NCBI GenBank assembly: GCA_045106935.1
Contig: JBGCFN010000019.1
Span: forward strand, 20-64,019
Reading direction: 5' to 3'
Length of the DNA: 64,000 bases
DNA from: Gammaproteobacteria bacterium
GTDB taxonomy: Bacteria > Pseudomonadota > Gammaproteobacteria > UBA4575
The stretch's first letter is position 1. The number at the start of each line of letters is the position of its first letter. The notes below the pieces were generated by a model. It saw only the letters and a program-made list of their open reading frames with translations. It was not told where the DNA came from and made no database searches. The translations under genes were made by a program, and so were the position numbers. Shown one piece after another: positions 49,190 to 59,589 of the stretch.

Positions 49190-49522
49190 TTACGTTAGGC
49201 TGTCTATTTTAGCTTTTGGTGCATTCGTTTTGACACTCTTGATGCCATTGTCACGCGCGCGTGTTGTGTTGTACATTTCAGAAGTACCAACTACTTGGCC
49301 ATTGAGTGCTTTTAGATTAAACATGTGTTTACCACTGCGAGAAGTCTTAGATTCAAATTGTTTGAGAGCTCTTGCATTTTTTTTCACAGATGCGATGCCA
49401 TTATTACATCCTGCTCGACTTTTATAACCTTGACTAGCAAGAATGATTCCACCATTACTGGCTTTTAACCTAAATCTAAACTCACCTCTTTTATCTTTAT
49501 ATATTTCAAATTTACCGGCCAC
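49190..49522 (-). CDS. yegP: YegP-family (UPF0339/DUF1508) tandem-domain protein
   Basis: Two DUF1508 repeats (FEIYKDKRGEFRFRLKASNGGIILASQGYKSRAGCNNGIASVKKNA, ...FNLKALNGQVVGTSEMYNTTRARDNGIKSVKTNA). Confidence 0.75.
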   Translation of the reverse strand: MAGKFEIYKDKRGEFRFRLKASNGGIILASQGYKSRAGCNNGIASVKKNARALKQFESKTSRSGKHMFNLKALNGQVVGTSEMYNTTRARDNGIKSVKTNAPKAKIDSLT

Positions 49523-49766
49523 TGAAAACCTCCTGAAATTTAATTTATTGTCGAATATGTACTAGATATAAATATGAGGTAAATGTCAAACTTAATTGCA
49601 TTAATTCACACGATAAATGATTGTTGCGGAGTTGAGATAAGGCTGAGAGTTATAAGCGCAGTTGCGCTGAAATAAGGCGGCATTAGAACTCTTGTTAATA
49701 ATGATTAGTGGCACGCTAAGAAGGATGATATATAAACGTGGTGATTATTTTAGTGGGTTTGTAATC

Positions 49767-50306
49767 TTATTTGCTTGAGTTTTCTTTCCAAAAAGGCACC
49801 ATTGCACTCCAAATGCCATCTTTTTTTAAACGATGATAGACCGCTGCTGCGATATGTATGCCTATTAGGAAATAGGTAGTTATCACAGAGATCTCATGTA
49901 ATGCGAGAACAATATTCATTGCTACACCATGTTTGATTCCGACCCAAAATAATCCGCCAATCATTAAACCGGTGACTGCAATCATTGATAAACTTATATA
50001 CATCCCAAGATGGGCGAGGCGTGACATGATTTTCATTATTTTCGAGGCATTGCTTGGCAACACTGTAGGTGTAGTTGCTCTCATATAAACGTAGCGTACG
50101 ATTAACAGCACAAGAAATATTGAAGCAAAAATCAACTCGAATTGAAGCAGTGCAAAATCTTCAAGCTGTTCAACTTCATCTAACTGTTTTGTTAGCCCAT
50201 ATATAAAAACACCGATGAATCCCCAATGTAGGAATTTTGCGATCCGGCTATGTGGAATGATTTTCTGGGAGGAGATTTCGTTAATAGAATGTTGCGATAG
50301 GGGCAT
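49767..50306 (-). CDS. cytochrome b561 family (CybB-like) membrane di-haem cytochrome
   Basis: 179 aa, four TM helices with conserved His (FLHWGFIG, LAHLGMY, LALHEIS, GIHIAAAVYH). Confidence 0.65.
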   Translation of the reverse strand: MPLSQHSINEISSQKIIPHSRIAKFLHWGFIGVFIYGLTKQLDEVEQLEDFALLQFELIFASIFLVLLIVRYVYMRATTPTVLPSNASKIMKIMSRLAHLGMYISLSMIAVTGLMIGGLFWVGIKHGVAMNIVLALHEISVITTYFLIGIHIAAAVYHRLKKDGIWSAMVPFWKENSSK

Positions 50307-50472
50307 TGTTTAATTCTCGGCTAGTGAAGTACTTCATCTTATGGGTCTTCATTTACATGATTTATGACAACCCAAACGCCGATTTTATCCATCAACAATC
50401 AAAGGAAGGACTAGATAATCATAATTTGATTAAACCCAGTCCTTCTTAGAGTGCTTTGAGTAAGCTTAACGC

Positions 50473-51849
50473 TTATCTGCCGTATACATCAATGCCAGGA
50501 AGTGGACGATGGTATTGAACAACTTCTGCATATTTCTTAGAGGCTGCCGCAATGCCTTTTGCGCTGTCGGCAGGTACGCCTGCTTCTTCAACTGCATGTA
50601 AAAATGCAATGGACGCCATTAATGCATGTTGAGGTTGAATTCCTCCTGTCGCACATAGGCGCCAACCCATATCCGGATAACCAGGGATTGCAGCGGCTTC
50701 GACAGCATGCTTGAAGAACATAATGCTTAGCACTTCCATGATCTTCTGCTCACCGTATCCTTCTGGTGCTTTAATTGCGGTAACAGCATTTGAAGCAAGG
50801 CTCTTATCTTTTGTTACTAAGTCAAAGCCTGCTCCAAGTACCGCAGCACGGTAGATTTCAGAGCATTCTTTATGACGTTCACATACGCGATCAATTCCTT
50901 CAATAGCTATGCTGTCTAACGCCACGGCGAATTGTGCATAGTTACTTGGTGTTTCAATATGCAGACCATGAGTGTCCATCGCTTCGATAATTTTACCAAG
51001 GTTCAAGTAGTGCTGTGATTTTGCTTGTCCAGCTTCTTGTAACTGTTTCTCAGATTCGTGAATCTTTGCGACCGCTTTAGGGCTTAAGGTAATCATGCCG
51101 ATACCTGGAGTCCCCATAATCCCTTTTTGGCTACAACCCACGAGCATGTCGATGCCCATGTCCTTCATAGAAACTGGCATGCTGCCAATAGAAGAGATTC
51201 CATCAATTACAAGAAGTGCAGGGTGGTTAAGTTCATCTAACATATCGCGCAGTTTCTTAGGATGGATTGTGACGCCAGCAGCTGTCTCGTTTTGAGGTGC
51301 CATAACCATCTTGATATTGTGGTCTGTGTCTTTCTCTAAGATTTCTCTCGCTTTTGCATAGGGTAAATCATCACCTAGATCACACTGCAAGCGAATGGCT
51401 TTTCTGCCAATATTTTCTACGCAGTTGCCCATGGCCATACTGAACCAGCCAATTTCCATCGTCAGGGCGACAGGTGTATCCGAATCTTTTTCATCAGGTG
51501 TGCGACATGATCCCGCCGCCGCTTCTGTCGCTGATGTGCCAGAACCGGTGAAGAAAATAGAGCGACCACCTTCTTGCATACCCACCATTTTTCCGTATTC
51601 CTCACGTACTGAAGCAAAGAATTTGGCAACGCCAGGACCACGCATCCCCCGAGTTTGATTAGAAGAGAATTGAGTAACCAATTCAGACCCAAACGCAGGC
51701 CCAGGTGTTACGTTGATAATTTTGTTATGCGGTGACCAGACATAAGATTTTTCATTAATAAAATCGACATCGGATGCTTCCATCTGATTCGTTTCGATAA
51801 GACGTCTAAGTCCAGATAGTGGAGAGATTAATTCATTCGTCATTTTCAA
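50473..51849 (-). CDS. class V PLP-dependent aminotransferase (AGXT/SPT/PhnW-like) with N-terminal extension
   Basis: 458 aa. NVTPGPAFGSE N-terminal motif. PLP-lysine region (GCSQKGIMGTPGIG). Confidence 0.7.
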   Translation of the reverse strand: MKMTNELISPLSGLRRLIETNQMEASDVDFINEKSYVWSPHNKIINVTPGPAFGSELVTQFSSNQTRGMRGPGVAKFFASVREEYGKMVGMQEGGRSIFFTGSGTSATEAAAGSCRTPDEKDSDTPVALTMEIGWFSMAMGNCVENIGRKAIRLQCDLGDDLPYAKAREILEKDTDHNIKMVMAPQNETAAGVTIHPKKLRDMLDELNHPALLVIDGISSIGSMPVSMKDMGIDMLVGCSQKGIMGTPGIGMITLSPKAVAKIHESEKQLQEAGQAKSQHYLNLGKIIEAMDTHGLHIETPSNYAQFAVALDSIAIEGIDRVCERHKECSEIYRAAVLGAGFDLVTKDKSLASNAVTAIKAPEGYGEQKIMEVLSIMFFKHAVEAAAIPGYPDMGWRLCATGGIQPQHALMASIAFLHAVEEAGVPADSAKGIAAASKKYAEVVQYHRPLPGIDVYGR

Positions 51850-52214
51850 ATATCCCTATGTATTTACTCAATTTCGGTTCTGATAATTAATAAAGTGCTC
51901 AAAATAAACAATGCATCCACCAGAAAGGGCTTAACTGTGTCGATAACCTACCTAAATAGGTAACAAGCTGCGCATAGCCTTCTGTGGTGTGTCTGTATTC
52001 GGCCAATTTTCTCAACCGGCGATGTTATCACACAAATCTTCGTGGAAAAGTAGGAAACCTATACAAATTGAAGGAAATACTGTAATTCGAGAGTTAGATC
52101 AAAATATAGTCAATTTTTACGCGCTAATTACTGATTTGCTACCCATTTAGGAACATAAATAGACTTTATAAAGAGGAAGGAAACAAAGAAATAACATGAA
52201 GGATAAGATAAATC

Positions 52215-53426
52215 TCATTTATCCTTTAGTCTCTTCAAGATGAATGGAAAAGTAGTGCTTTGTACAAGCATGCTAAACACCACCACACCGAAGACCATGG
52301 ATTGTATGACCCACCAATAATCTAGTTCAGTCGGCAAAGAAAGCACTAATGCGATGGCGATGGCCCCGCGTAATCCACCCCAAATGAGTAAGATTTGCCA
52401 TTCTTTAGTGATCGGGTCAATAAATTTGGTGACATAGCTACATGTGCTAATCGCAATGGTCCTCGCCACCAGAGTCGCTACAATGGCAATAATCATGGCT
52501 AACCACATTTCCTTAAACATGGAGAAAGTTAACGTTAATCCCATCAACATGAACAATAGACTGTTGAAATATAAGCCAAGCCAATTCCATGTGCCGGTAA
52601 TCCCTCGTGCAACAGTATGTTCCACTTCACTTAAAGTCATTTTGATAACAATGGCTGTCATCATGACAGCTAAAATGCCTGAGACATGAAGCAAGTGCTC
52701 AGCAACATAGAAACTGGTAAAAGCAATGAACACTAAAATGAATTGACTTGCTGATGAATCTTGAATGAATAGGACCAAACTTGAGCCAAGTAATCCAATG
52801 ATTGCCCCAACAATTAATCCACCAAAAAAGACAAGTAAAAAATAGTTGATACCAGTGGAATGATGAGCGTCATTAGGAATAATTAACGCTAATATTATAC
52901 TAAAGAATACAACGGCGGTGGCGTCATTAAAGAGACTTTCACCTTCGAATAAGGTGGTGAGTGATTCTGGTGCATTTAATTTTTTTAATTGAGTGCTTAC
53001 CGCAACAGGATCAGTCGCAGATAGTATTGCCCCGGTTAATAAGGCGGCCATCCAGGGAAATCCCGACTCTATACCCACACCAATAAATATAAGCCCGGCC
53101 GAAACAAAGCCACTAATCAAAACACCCACAGTAGCAAATACTAAAATCGGTATTAGCCATTGTCTTAGTGTTTTTAAATGTAAATTCCAGGCAGCCTCAA
53201 AGATTAACACCGGTAAAATAAGGTAAAAAACAATATCATGAATATTGTTTGCTCGAATGCCCGTATCAAAATTAAAAGTGACGATTGCAAATCCGGCAAT
53301 GACACCGGCAATGGCGCATGCCAAGGATTGTTCTATTCTAGTTATTCGATGGATAATTATCCCAACCAATGAAAATGCTGTGATTGCAAGTACTTGCCCA
53401 ACGAGTGTCGTTATCGTAGTAATCAT
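52215..53426 (-). CDS. CPA1-family Na+/H+ (cation:proton) antiporter, membrane domain only
   Basis: 403 aa, ~11 TM. Conserved ATDPVAV and FEGESLFNDATAVV motifs of NhaP-type exchangers. Confidence 0.8.
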   Translation of the reverse strand: MITTITTLVGQVLAITAFSLVGIIIHRITRIEQSLACAIAGVIAGFAIVTFNFDTGIRANNIHDIVFYLILPVLIFEAAWNLHLKTLRQWLIPILVFATVGVLISGFVSAGLIFIGVGIESGFPWMAALLTGAILSATDPVAVSTQLKKLNAPESLTTLFEGESLFNDATAVVFFSIILALIIPNDAHHSTGINYFLLVFFGGLIVGAIIGLLGSSLVLFIQDSSASQFILVFIAFTSFYVAEHLLHVSGILAVMMTAIVIKMTLSEVEHTVARGITGTWNWLGLYFNSLLFMLMGLTLTFSMFKEMWLAMIIAIVATLVARTIAISTCSYVTKFIDPITKEWQILLIWGGLRGAIAIALVLSLPTELDYWWVIQSMVFGVVVFSMLVQSTTFPFILKRLKDK

Positions 53427-53826
53427 TCTAGCTAGGATTAATTTAATTGCTTGATGATGTTATGACCGGATATGAGGGGGTAGTATTACACAAGCGACTA
53501 GGCAAGGTGAGCCAACCAGCGGCATTGAAGTATTGCAAGATGATATATGGGTTACTTAATAATTTAATGCGTTTGAATAAATGGAGGCGACTATACTAAA
53601 TTAAGCAAGTATTATTTTCCATAAACTACCTTAATAGTAATTAGTCATGCCTCCATTTGTTCGAGCTTAATTGAACTGCAATGAAACTAAGTATTAAATG
53701 TGATTAGAATAAAATTTCAATCAAAAAATATTCAAAATATTTTCTGATTGTTTAATATCATCGCTAGATATATAAGTTGTACATATATTATTTTGGTCTA
53801 TAGATGGTTTATTCTTATTTGTATAA

Positions 53827-54483
53827 TTGAAGAGAGTCAGTATGAATAGAAAATCGATAAAATTGATACTTCTTCTATGTGCCCTAATTATTTTGGGGTT
53901 TATTTCATGGGGTCCTATTATGAGTAGTGTGGAACAACCTAAGTATCAAGTTCTGTCATCTGAACGCAACATTGAATTTCGAAAATACAATCCAAAGATA
54001 GTGGCAGAAGTAACAGTGCAAGGAGAACGAAAAGAGGCAATTAGCAAAGGGTTTCAATTGTTAGCGGATTATATATTCGGTAATAATATAAAAAGTAGTA
54101 GCATTTCGATGACAGCACCAGTCACGCAGAAACAAAACCAAAAAATTGCAATGACATCACCCGTGAGTCAACTTGAAACTAACAGCGGGTGGTTGGTTAA
54201 CTTTGTTATGCCGGCTGAATATTCATTAGAAACTCTGCCAAAACCGAATAATAACAAAGTCCTTCTTAAAGAGATTCCGTCAAAAGAATTTGCTGTCATT
54301 CAGTTTTCAGGCACGAATACAGATAAAAATATCGCTTCACATGAAAAGACGTTGTATGCATATTTAATGGATAACAAAATTGATGTGCTCTCTGCGCCTA
54401 CCTATGCATTTTATAATCCTCCTTGGACACTTCCACTTTTACGTCGTAATGAAGTGCTCATTGAGATTAGTCCGCGCAACTAG
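53827..54483 (+). CDS. SOUL/HBP-family haem-binding protein
   Basis: 218 aa with signal/TM. SOUL-like core (YQVLSSERNIEFRKYNPKIVAEVTV..., PVTQK...MTSPV). Confidence 0.7.
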   Translation: MKRVSMNRKSIKLILLLCALIILGFISWGPIMSSVEQPKYQVLSSERNIEFRKYNPKIVAEVTVQGERKEAISKGFQLLADYIFGNNIKSSSISMTAPVTQKQNQKIAMTSPVSQLETNSGWLVNFVMPAEYSLETLPKPNNNKVLLKEIPSKEFAVIQFSGTNTDKNIASHEKTLYAYLMDNKIDVLSAPTYAFYNPPWTLPLLRRNEVLIEISPRN

Positions 54484-54659
54484 TAATAAAATTTAAAAAT
54501 ATTAGCTTGGGCATTGTGTTTGCAGTGCCAGAGAACGTATAAGTTATTGTTCCTACAATGGTATCTCGATCTAACTATTAATATGCAATTATTATTTTTA
54601 GTGATAAAAATTTAATGTAAAGTACGAAGATCAATCATGATCAAATAAGAGATGCTTCA

Positions 54660-55112
54660 ATGCCAATTGATTTTAATCTCATGCATTTAATTTATGTAAG
54701 TAAAGCGATAGATGATTTATCTCAGCAAGAGCTAAGCAGCATACTCTCATCATCACAGAAAAATAATTATCGATTGAATCTCACCGGAATATTAATTTTC
54801 AGTAATGGCAAGTTCATGCAGTTTCTTGAAGGCACTAAATTTAGTGTGCTGAGAACATTTGAGTCTATTAAAAATGATTTCCGTCATCATGATATTGATG
54901 TTGTCAGGCGATCAAATATATCAAAGCGACAATTCGAAGGCTGGTGCATGAGGTTGACTAACACTCATGAGATTTCAGAAAACTCAGGACTGATATTTGA
55001 AAAGCTATTTTCTGTTGAAGAGATGACAGAAGATATCAATAAGCTTGCAGTTGAATCTAATGCGTGGTTGTTAGCATTCAAGCATGCTAATGAAGTAACT
55101 ATTCAGAATTAA
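54660..55112 (+). CDS. short stand-alone BLUF-domain blue-light photoreceptor
   Basis: LIYVSKA (Tyr), NYRLNLTGILIFSNGKFMQFLEG (Asn, Gln) and a conserved Trp (EGWCMRL). 150 aa, no output domain. Confidence 0.8.
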   Translation: MPIDFNLMHLIYVSKAIDDLSQQELSSILSSSQKNNYRLNLTGILIFSNGKFMQFLEGTKFSVLRTFESIKNDFRHHDIDVVRRSNISKRQFEGWCMRLTNTHEISENSGLIFEKLFSVEEMTEDINKLAVESNAWLLAFKHANEVTIQN

Positions 55113-55133
55113 CGCCTTTGAGTAAATGATTAG

Positions 55134-55673
55134 TTAATTGGCTAACCCTCGCTCAATAATAGACACTATCTTCTTGTTGTATGGCTTAATTCTGGGACCA
55201 ATCTCGGCTACAAGATCTCCATTTCTATCAATAATAAATTTATGAAAATTCCATGTTGGGTAGGTGCCTGATACTTCATTTAGAGCAGTAAAGAACGGAT
55301 GCTCATCATTGCCTTTGACTTCTGTTTTTTCAAACATAGGGAATTGAACGCCATAAGTTAAACGACAAAAATCTTTAATTTCTTCTTCTGTGCCAGGTTC
55401 CTGACCAAAAAAATTATTTGAAGGAAAGCCAAGGACGACTAAACCTTGGTCGCCATATTCTTGATATAATTTTTCCAATCCATCATATTGTGGTGTGTTA
55501 CCACACTTAGATGCGGTATTAACAATAAGAATGACTTTTCCAGCATAAGCCTCACAAAGATTAATTGTGTCTTCTGAAGCTAATTTTTTGAAATTATGAT
55601 CTAACAAGCCATTTTCACATGCCATTGCGTTTAAACTCATTAGCATAATAAAAATAATTGATAATACTTTCAT
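55134..55673 (-). CDS. periplasmic glutathione peroxidase (BtuE/GPx family)
   Basis: NTASKCGNTPQY active-site Cys motif and GFPSNNFFGQEPG. Start at 55673 is preceded by AAAGGA. Signal peptide (MKVLSIIFIMLMSLNAMA). Confidence 0.85.
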   Translation of the reverse strand: MKVLSIIFIMLMSLNAMACENGLLDHNFKKLASEDTINLCEAYAGKVILIVNTASKCGNTPQYDGLEKLYQEYGDQGLVVLGFPSNNFFGQEPGTEEEIKDFCRLTYGVQFPMFEKTEVKGNDEHPFFTALNEVSGTYPTWNFHKFIIDRNGDLVAEIGPRIKPYNKKIVSIIERGLAN

Positions 55674-55948
55674 GATTTGAAAATCCTTTGATTCTATTTG
55701 GAAATATAATTTTCCTGGCAATCTGTTAAATGGGGCAGTCACTTAATGCGACTTTAATTTACGCCTGAGCAAATATCATGTCTACATAGTCCCTTGTTTA
55801 TGATCTATAAATAAATTGTACAAAGTATTATCACTGAGTAGTTATCTTGATAAAATTCTGCAAATACAATCTTAAATAATAAATTTCCATACAATTATTG
55901 TGTGACGATAGATAATGTAATTGAGTTTTAAATGAATAAATAAATACT

Positions 55949-56383
55949 ATGAAGAATAACTTAACTATATGGTTAGCCTATCTAGGGACAATTCCCTTTA
56001 TATTAAGTGCTGTCCTGGTTTTACAGGACAATGAAGGTTTAATGTCTACGAGCAATCTCACGCATGTCTTAAATTCTTATGCCTTAATCATTGTGGTTTT
56101 CATGGCAGGTGTCCACTGGGGATGTTATTTGAGTGATGAAAAAAGTCATTCAATAAGCTTATTGCTTATTAGTAATGTCATTACGTTGATAGCTTGGTTT
56201 GCATTTTTATTAACGCCTTTTATTATTACCTTGCTAATCTATTGCCTTGCGTTTGTAGTATTGCTATTCATTGATTCAAAATTACTGTCTCTTGACGTGA
56301 TTTCTAAAGAGTACTTTAAATTGCGCTTAACAATCACATCAATTGTTATAATGTCTTTGTTGTTAGTGGTGTCATATAGCTGA
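55949..56383 (+). CDS. 4-TM membrane protein of unknown function
   Basis: 144 aa, hydrophobic. Confidence 0.4.
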   Translation: MKNNLTIWLAYLGTIPFILSAVLVLQDNEGLMSTSNLTHVLNSYALIIVVFMAGVHWGCYLSDEKSHSISLLLISNVITLIAWFAFLLTPFIITLLIYCLAFVVLLFIDSKLLSLDVISKEYFKLRLTITSIVIMSLLLVVSYS

Positions 56384-56407
56384 TTTTTCTTTGCTTTAAT
56401 AGATATT

Positions 56408-56641
56408 TTATAAGCCAATTAATTCTGCATGAACATTCTGTTTTGTAATCACATCAAGTAACTGCTTTGAAGTGACTTCATCAGGGTCATACTCGACTAT
56501 TATCAAATGTGGTTTGTCGTCATGATAAGATGCCGCGTCAACTCCGACGTGCTTTAGAAGTAAATCTCTTAAAAATTCACGTTCTTCATGATTTGTTTCA
56601 GGATCGATGTGAATTAAAACGTCTACCATTTTGGTTTCCAT
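56408..56641 (-). CDS. small acidic hypothetical protein (77 aa)
   Basis: ORF only. Confidence 0.35.
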   Translation of the reverse strand: METKMVDVLIHIDPETNHEEREFLRDLLLKHVGVDAASYHDDKPHLIIVEYDPDEVTSKQLLDVITKQNVHAELIGL

Positions 56642-56811
56642 ATTATCACCTCTTAAATTTGTAGTCCTATAGTCAAGTGTATTCTTGCTATTTAAACTAT
56701 ATATTGACTTACATCAATTAGATGTGATCTTGTATTCGTCCACTAGATGATTAAGGCTGCTTCTGGGTATTCTTTTGCGTATAAAATATTAAAAATATGT
56801 TGTATGTGAGT

Positions 56812-59589
56812 TTATTGAATATAATGTAGTAGCTTTAGTCCTCTTAATTTTTTTCTTTTATTTAAATAAATTCGTGTCAATCCAATCAGGAGTAACCCCA
56901 ACATACCTAAACCATAATTTATATATTCCCACTCTTTTTTTTCTTGTTCGTTTAATGTCGTTAGCGTACGAGTGAATCTAGAATGCTTTCTTAAAACACC
57001 AAGAAGACTTTTGTCTTCTAGTGACCAATCGATGAGATTTTGCATTAATTGAACAGGGCGGCGATATTCGTTTCGTAATACTTGAGACATCTTATCTAAA
57101 AAATTATCTGTAAATAAAGCACTAGATCCTATAACAATTAATTTGGATGGTGCCTTATCATTACCAAACATTCCTTCTATCATTGTGCCTAAAAGTTGTG
57201 GTGACTCTCCATTGATTTTTGTTTCAAAGCCCGAATCAGGATAGGTTTCAAAGTCAGGTATTATAGATTTACTACTCGAAGACCAGCTTTGACTGGAAGA
57301 AAGTAAGAGCGGTGTAATGGTTCGATTTTTGTTTTGTTCATAATCGATGATAATTGGTGAAGTCCATGGGACATAAATTTGTCCTAATTTAGCTGTAATT
57401 CCACTTTCTTCATTTAAACCTTCTCCTCTCACATCAATAATGTATGGATAATTGACTAAATTAGTTTCTCGAATGAAATTCCCTCCTATTTTGCGTGTCA
57501 CGGGTAATGAGTATTGACCGTGTTGATTGTCCAATACTAAAGAATCACCAATGGTTATTCCTAACTCTGCTAGCCAAGATTCTAATCCAGATTGAACAGG
57601 ATAAACTTCTGTGAAATAGCTAACATTGACATCTATAGAAGAAGAGGCAATTAATACATTGCCACCATTCATTAAGAAATTCTGAATGGCACTAATTTGT
57701 GTGGGATGTAAAAAGCGCGGCGCCAATACCATTAAAAAATCAACTTCGTCAGGTACGTTACCATCACGTAAATCAACATCGATTATCTGGATTGATTGTT
57801 GAAGTGCTTTGCGAATAATCGAAAAATGTTTTGGAATGCCAGGTGACTCACTTATTCCTGCCGGTCCTGGTGTAGCAATAGGTCTCATCAGTGCTACTGT
57901 CTTTATCGAGTCAGGTAATAGATTTTTATAAGCAGAAAAAATGCTCTGACTAATGATTGATTTATCTGCATTACTAGAAAATGAGACGGGTACAGTTTTT
58001 TTACCATCAGTGAGAGTAAAGTAGAACCAATAGGGACTCGCGAGAGGGTTTTCACTTGCAATGGGGCGGACTCCCACTTTGTTTTTTAAATATTCTTGTG
58101 TGAGTTGATCATCATCGGGGTTAATCAGCAGGAAATCAAAATTATCATTGGACTGTTTGCTAAAGGTTAATCCCATTTCTTGTATCAGCTGTATAATCTT
58201 TTTATGACTATCTGGTAAAACTGTTGGCGTTGATACATAGCCTGATAATACAATTGGGTCAGTAATTGAGTTAAAAGTATCAACTTGTCGTTTTTCTTTG
58301 GCCATCACAGACCGGATGGTGCGTGTTATTTGATATTCAGGATTATTTAAGTCGACTTCATGTTTGCCAGCGCTTGATTTTAAGTCTACAAGATCTTTGT
58401 AGCCGAGGACTTCGTATTGATCGTTATATTCTATCAATACGTTAAAATAAGTATTGATCACTGAAGCTTGGTATTTACTTTCACTATGAAAAGAAACAGG
58501 TTGAATACCATATTTTGTTCCAGCTTCTTGTTCAAATTCCGCATCATATAGTGGATCAATAAATTCAATCTGAACATTGCCTTTGCCCTGAACACTATAT
58601 TCATTAAGCAAATCTCGAATACGTGGAACCAAGGGTGAAAGCAGTGGGTGAGTGCTGTTACTAAAATATCCGCGAATCAATAAAGGCTTATCCAATTCGC
58701 TTAAATTGTCTTTTGTTGCGGACGATAGGGTATAAACATTACCTTCTGTCAGATCAATTCTTGCTTGTGTAACCAGGTTAAGTCCTAAATTTAAAATCAG
58801 TAATGTCGCTACTAATAATATTATGCATCGGTGCCTGTATAGGGGTGCACTATTAACAATATTATTTTCGGATCTTAATGATTCGACTTTCTTGTAAGTT
58901 AATACTAAGAAAAAGATCACAATTGTTAGATAGTAGACAATATCTCGCAGATCTAATACGCCACGCGTAATTGATTCAAAGCGTGAGCTGGTTGCAAGTG
59001 CATGTAGCCATTCTGAAATGTTGTATGTAAATAAATTTGTCACTGTGGAAGTGCCTAATGCATATAGCAAACCCATAATGACAATAGAGAGTATGAGGCT
59101 GACTATCTGATTTTGTGTTTGAGATGAAGTCCATAATCCAATTGAACAATAGCCCGCCGTTAAAAATAAAGCGGCGATATAACCGCCTAAGACTGGGCCC
59201 CAATCAAGGTCACCTAAGATACTTGCAGTCATAGGCAAAGGAAGCGTTAAACCTAGTGCTACAACGACTAAGATAAGAACAGCAAAAAATTTTCCTAAAA
59301 TATAAGCCCAGGGTGAAATTGATGAAGTCAATATCAATTCTATCGTTCCAGATCGTCGTTCTTCTGACCAACTGTGCATGGTTAATGCAGAGACGAGAAA
59401 AATAAATAAAATAGGGAACCAGCTAAAGAGTGGTCTTATATCAGCAAGATTACGTGCAAAAAATGCTTCAAGCCAAAAAAAAACGACATAAGCTGAGGCT
59501 AGAAATATAGTTAAAAATAATAATGCGGCTGAAGAGGAAAAATAGTCTCTCAATTCTTTTTTTGTGATAATCCAGATATTACGCCACAT
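56812..59589 (-). CDS. fused ABC-2 permease (GldF-like) / GldG-like periplasmic component
   Basis: N-terminal ~6 TM ABC-2 permease, then a ~600-aa periplasmic domain and a C-terminal TM anchor (GLGMLGLLLIGLTRIYL). Start at 59589 (ATGTGGCGTAA) overlaps the ATPase stop. Follows the ABC ATPase. Confidence 0.65.
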   Translation of the reverse strand: MWRNIWIITKKELRDYFSSSAALLFLTIFLASAYVVFFWLEAFFARNLADIRPLFSWFPILFIFLVSALTMHSWSEERRSGTIELILTSSISPWAYILGKFFAVLILVVVALGLTLPLPMTASILGDLDWGPVLGGYIAALFLTAGYCSIGLWTSSQTQNQIVSLILSIVIMGLLYALGTSTVTNLFTYNISEWLHALATSSRFESITRGVLDLRDIVYYLTIVIFFLVLTYKKVESLRSENNIVNSAPLYRHRCIILLVATLLILNLGLNLVTQARIDLTEGNVYTLSSATKDNLSELDKPLLIRGYFSNSTHPLLSPLVPRIRDLLNEYSVQGKGNVQIEFIDPLYDAEFEQEAGTKYGIQPVSFHSESKYQASVINTYFNVLIEYNDQYEVLGYKDLVDLKSSAGKHEVDLNNPEYQITRTIRSVMAKEKRQVDTFNSITDPIVLSGYVSTPTVLPDSHKKIIQLIQEMGLTFSKQSNDNFDFLLINPDDDQLTQEYLKNKVGVRPIASENPLASPYWFYFTLTDGKKTVPVSFSSNADKSIISQSIFSAYKNLLPDSIKTVALMRPIATPGPAGISESPGIPKHFSIIRKALQQSIQIIDVDLRDGNVPDEVDFLMVLAPRFLHPTQISAIQNFLMNGGNVLIASSSIDVNVSYFTEVYPVQSGLESWLAELGITIGDSLVLDNQHGQYSLPVTRKIGGNFIRETNLVNYPYIIDVRGEGLNEESGITAKLGQIYVPWTSPIIIDYEQNKNRTITPLLLSSSQSWSSSSKSIIPDFETYPDSGFETKINGESPQLLGTMIEGMFGNDKAPSKLIVIGSSALFTDNFLDKMSQVLRNEYRRPVQLMQNLIDWSLEDKSLLGVLRKHSRFTRTLTTLNEQEKKEWEYINYGLGMLGLLLIGLTRIYLNKRKKLRGLKLLHYIQ

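Noticed and set aside
53575-53665. Imperfect long-range inverted repeat (AAATGGAGGCGACTA ... TAGTCATGCCTCCATTT) upstream of the SOUL gene
   Set aside because: It could be an operator or a structured 5' UTR, but the arms are imperfect. It appears only once and has no supporting context, so it is not called as a feature.
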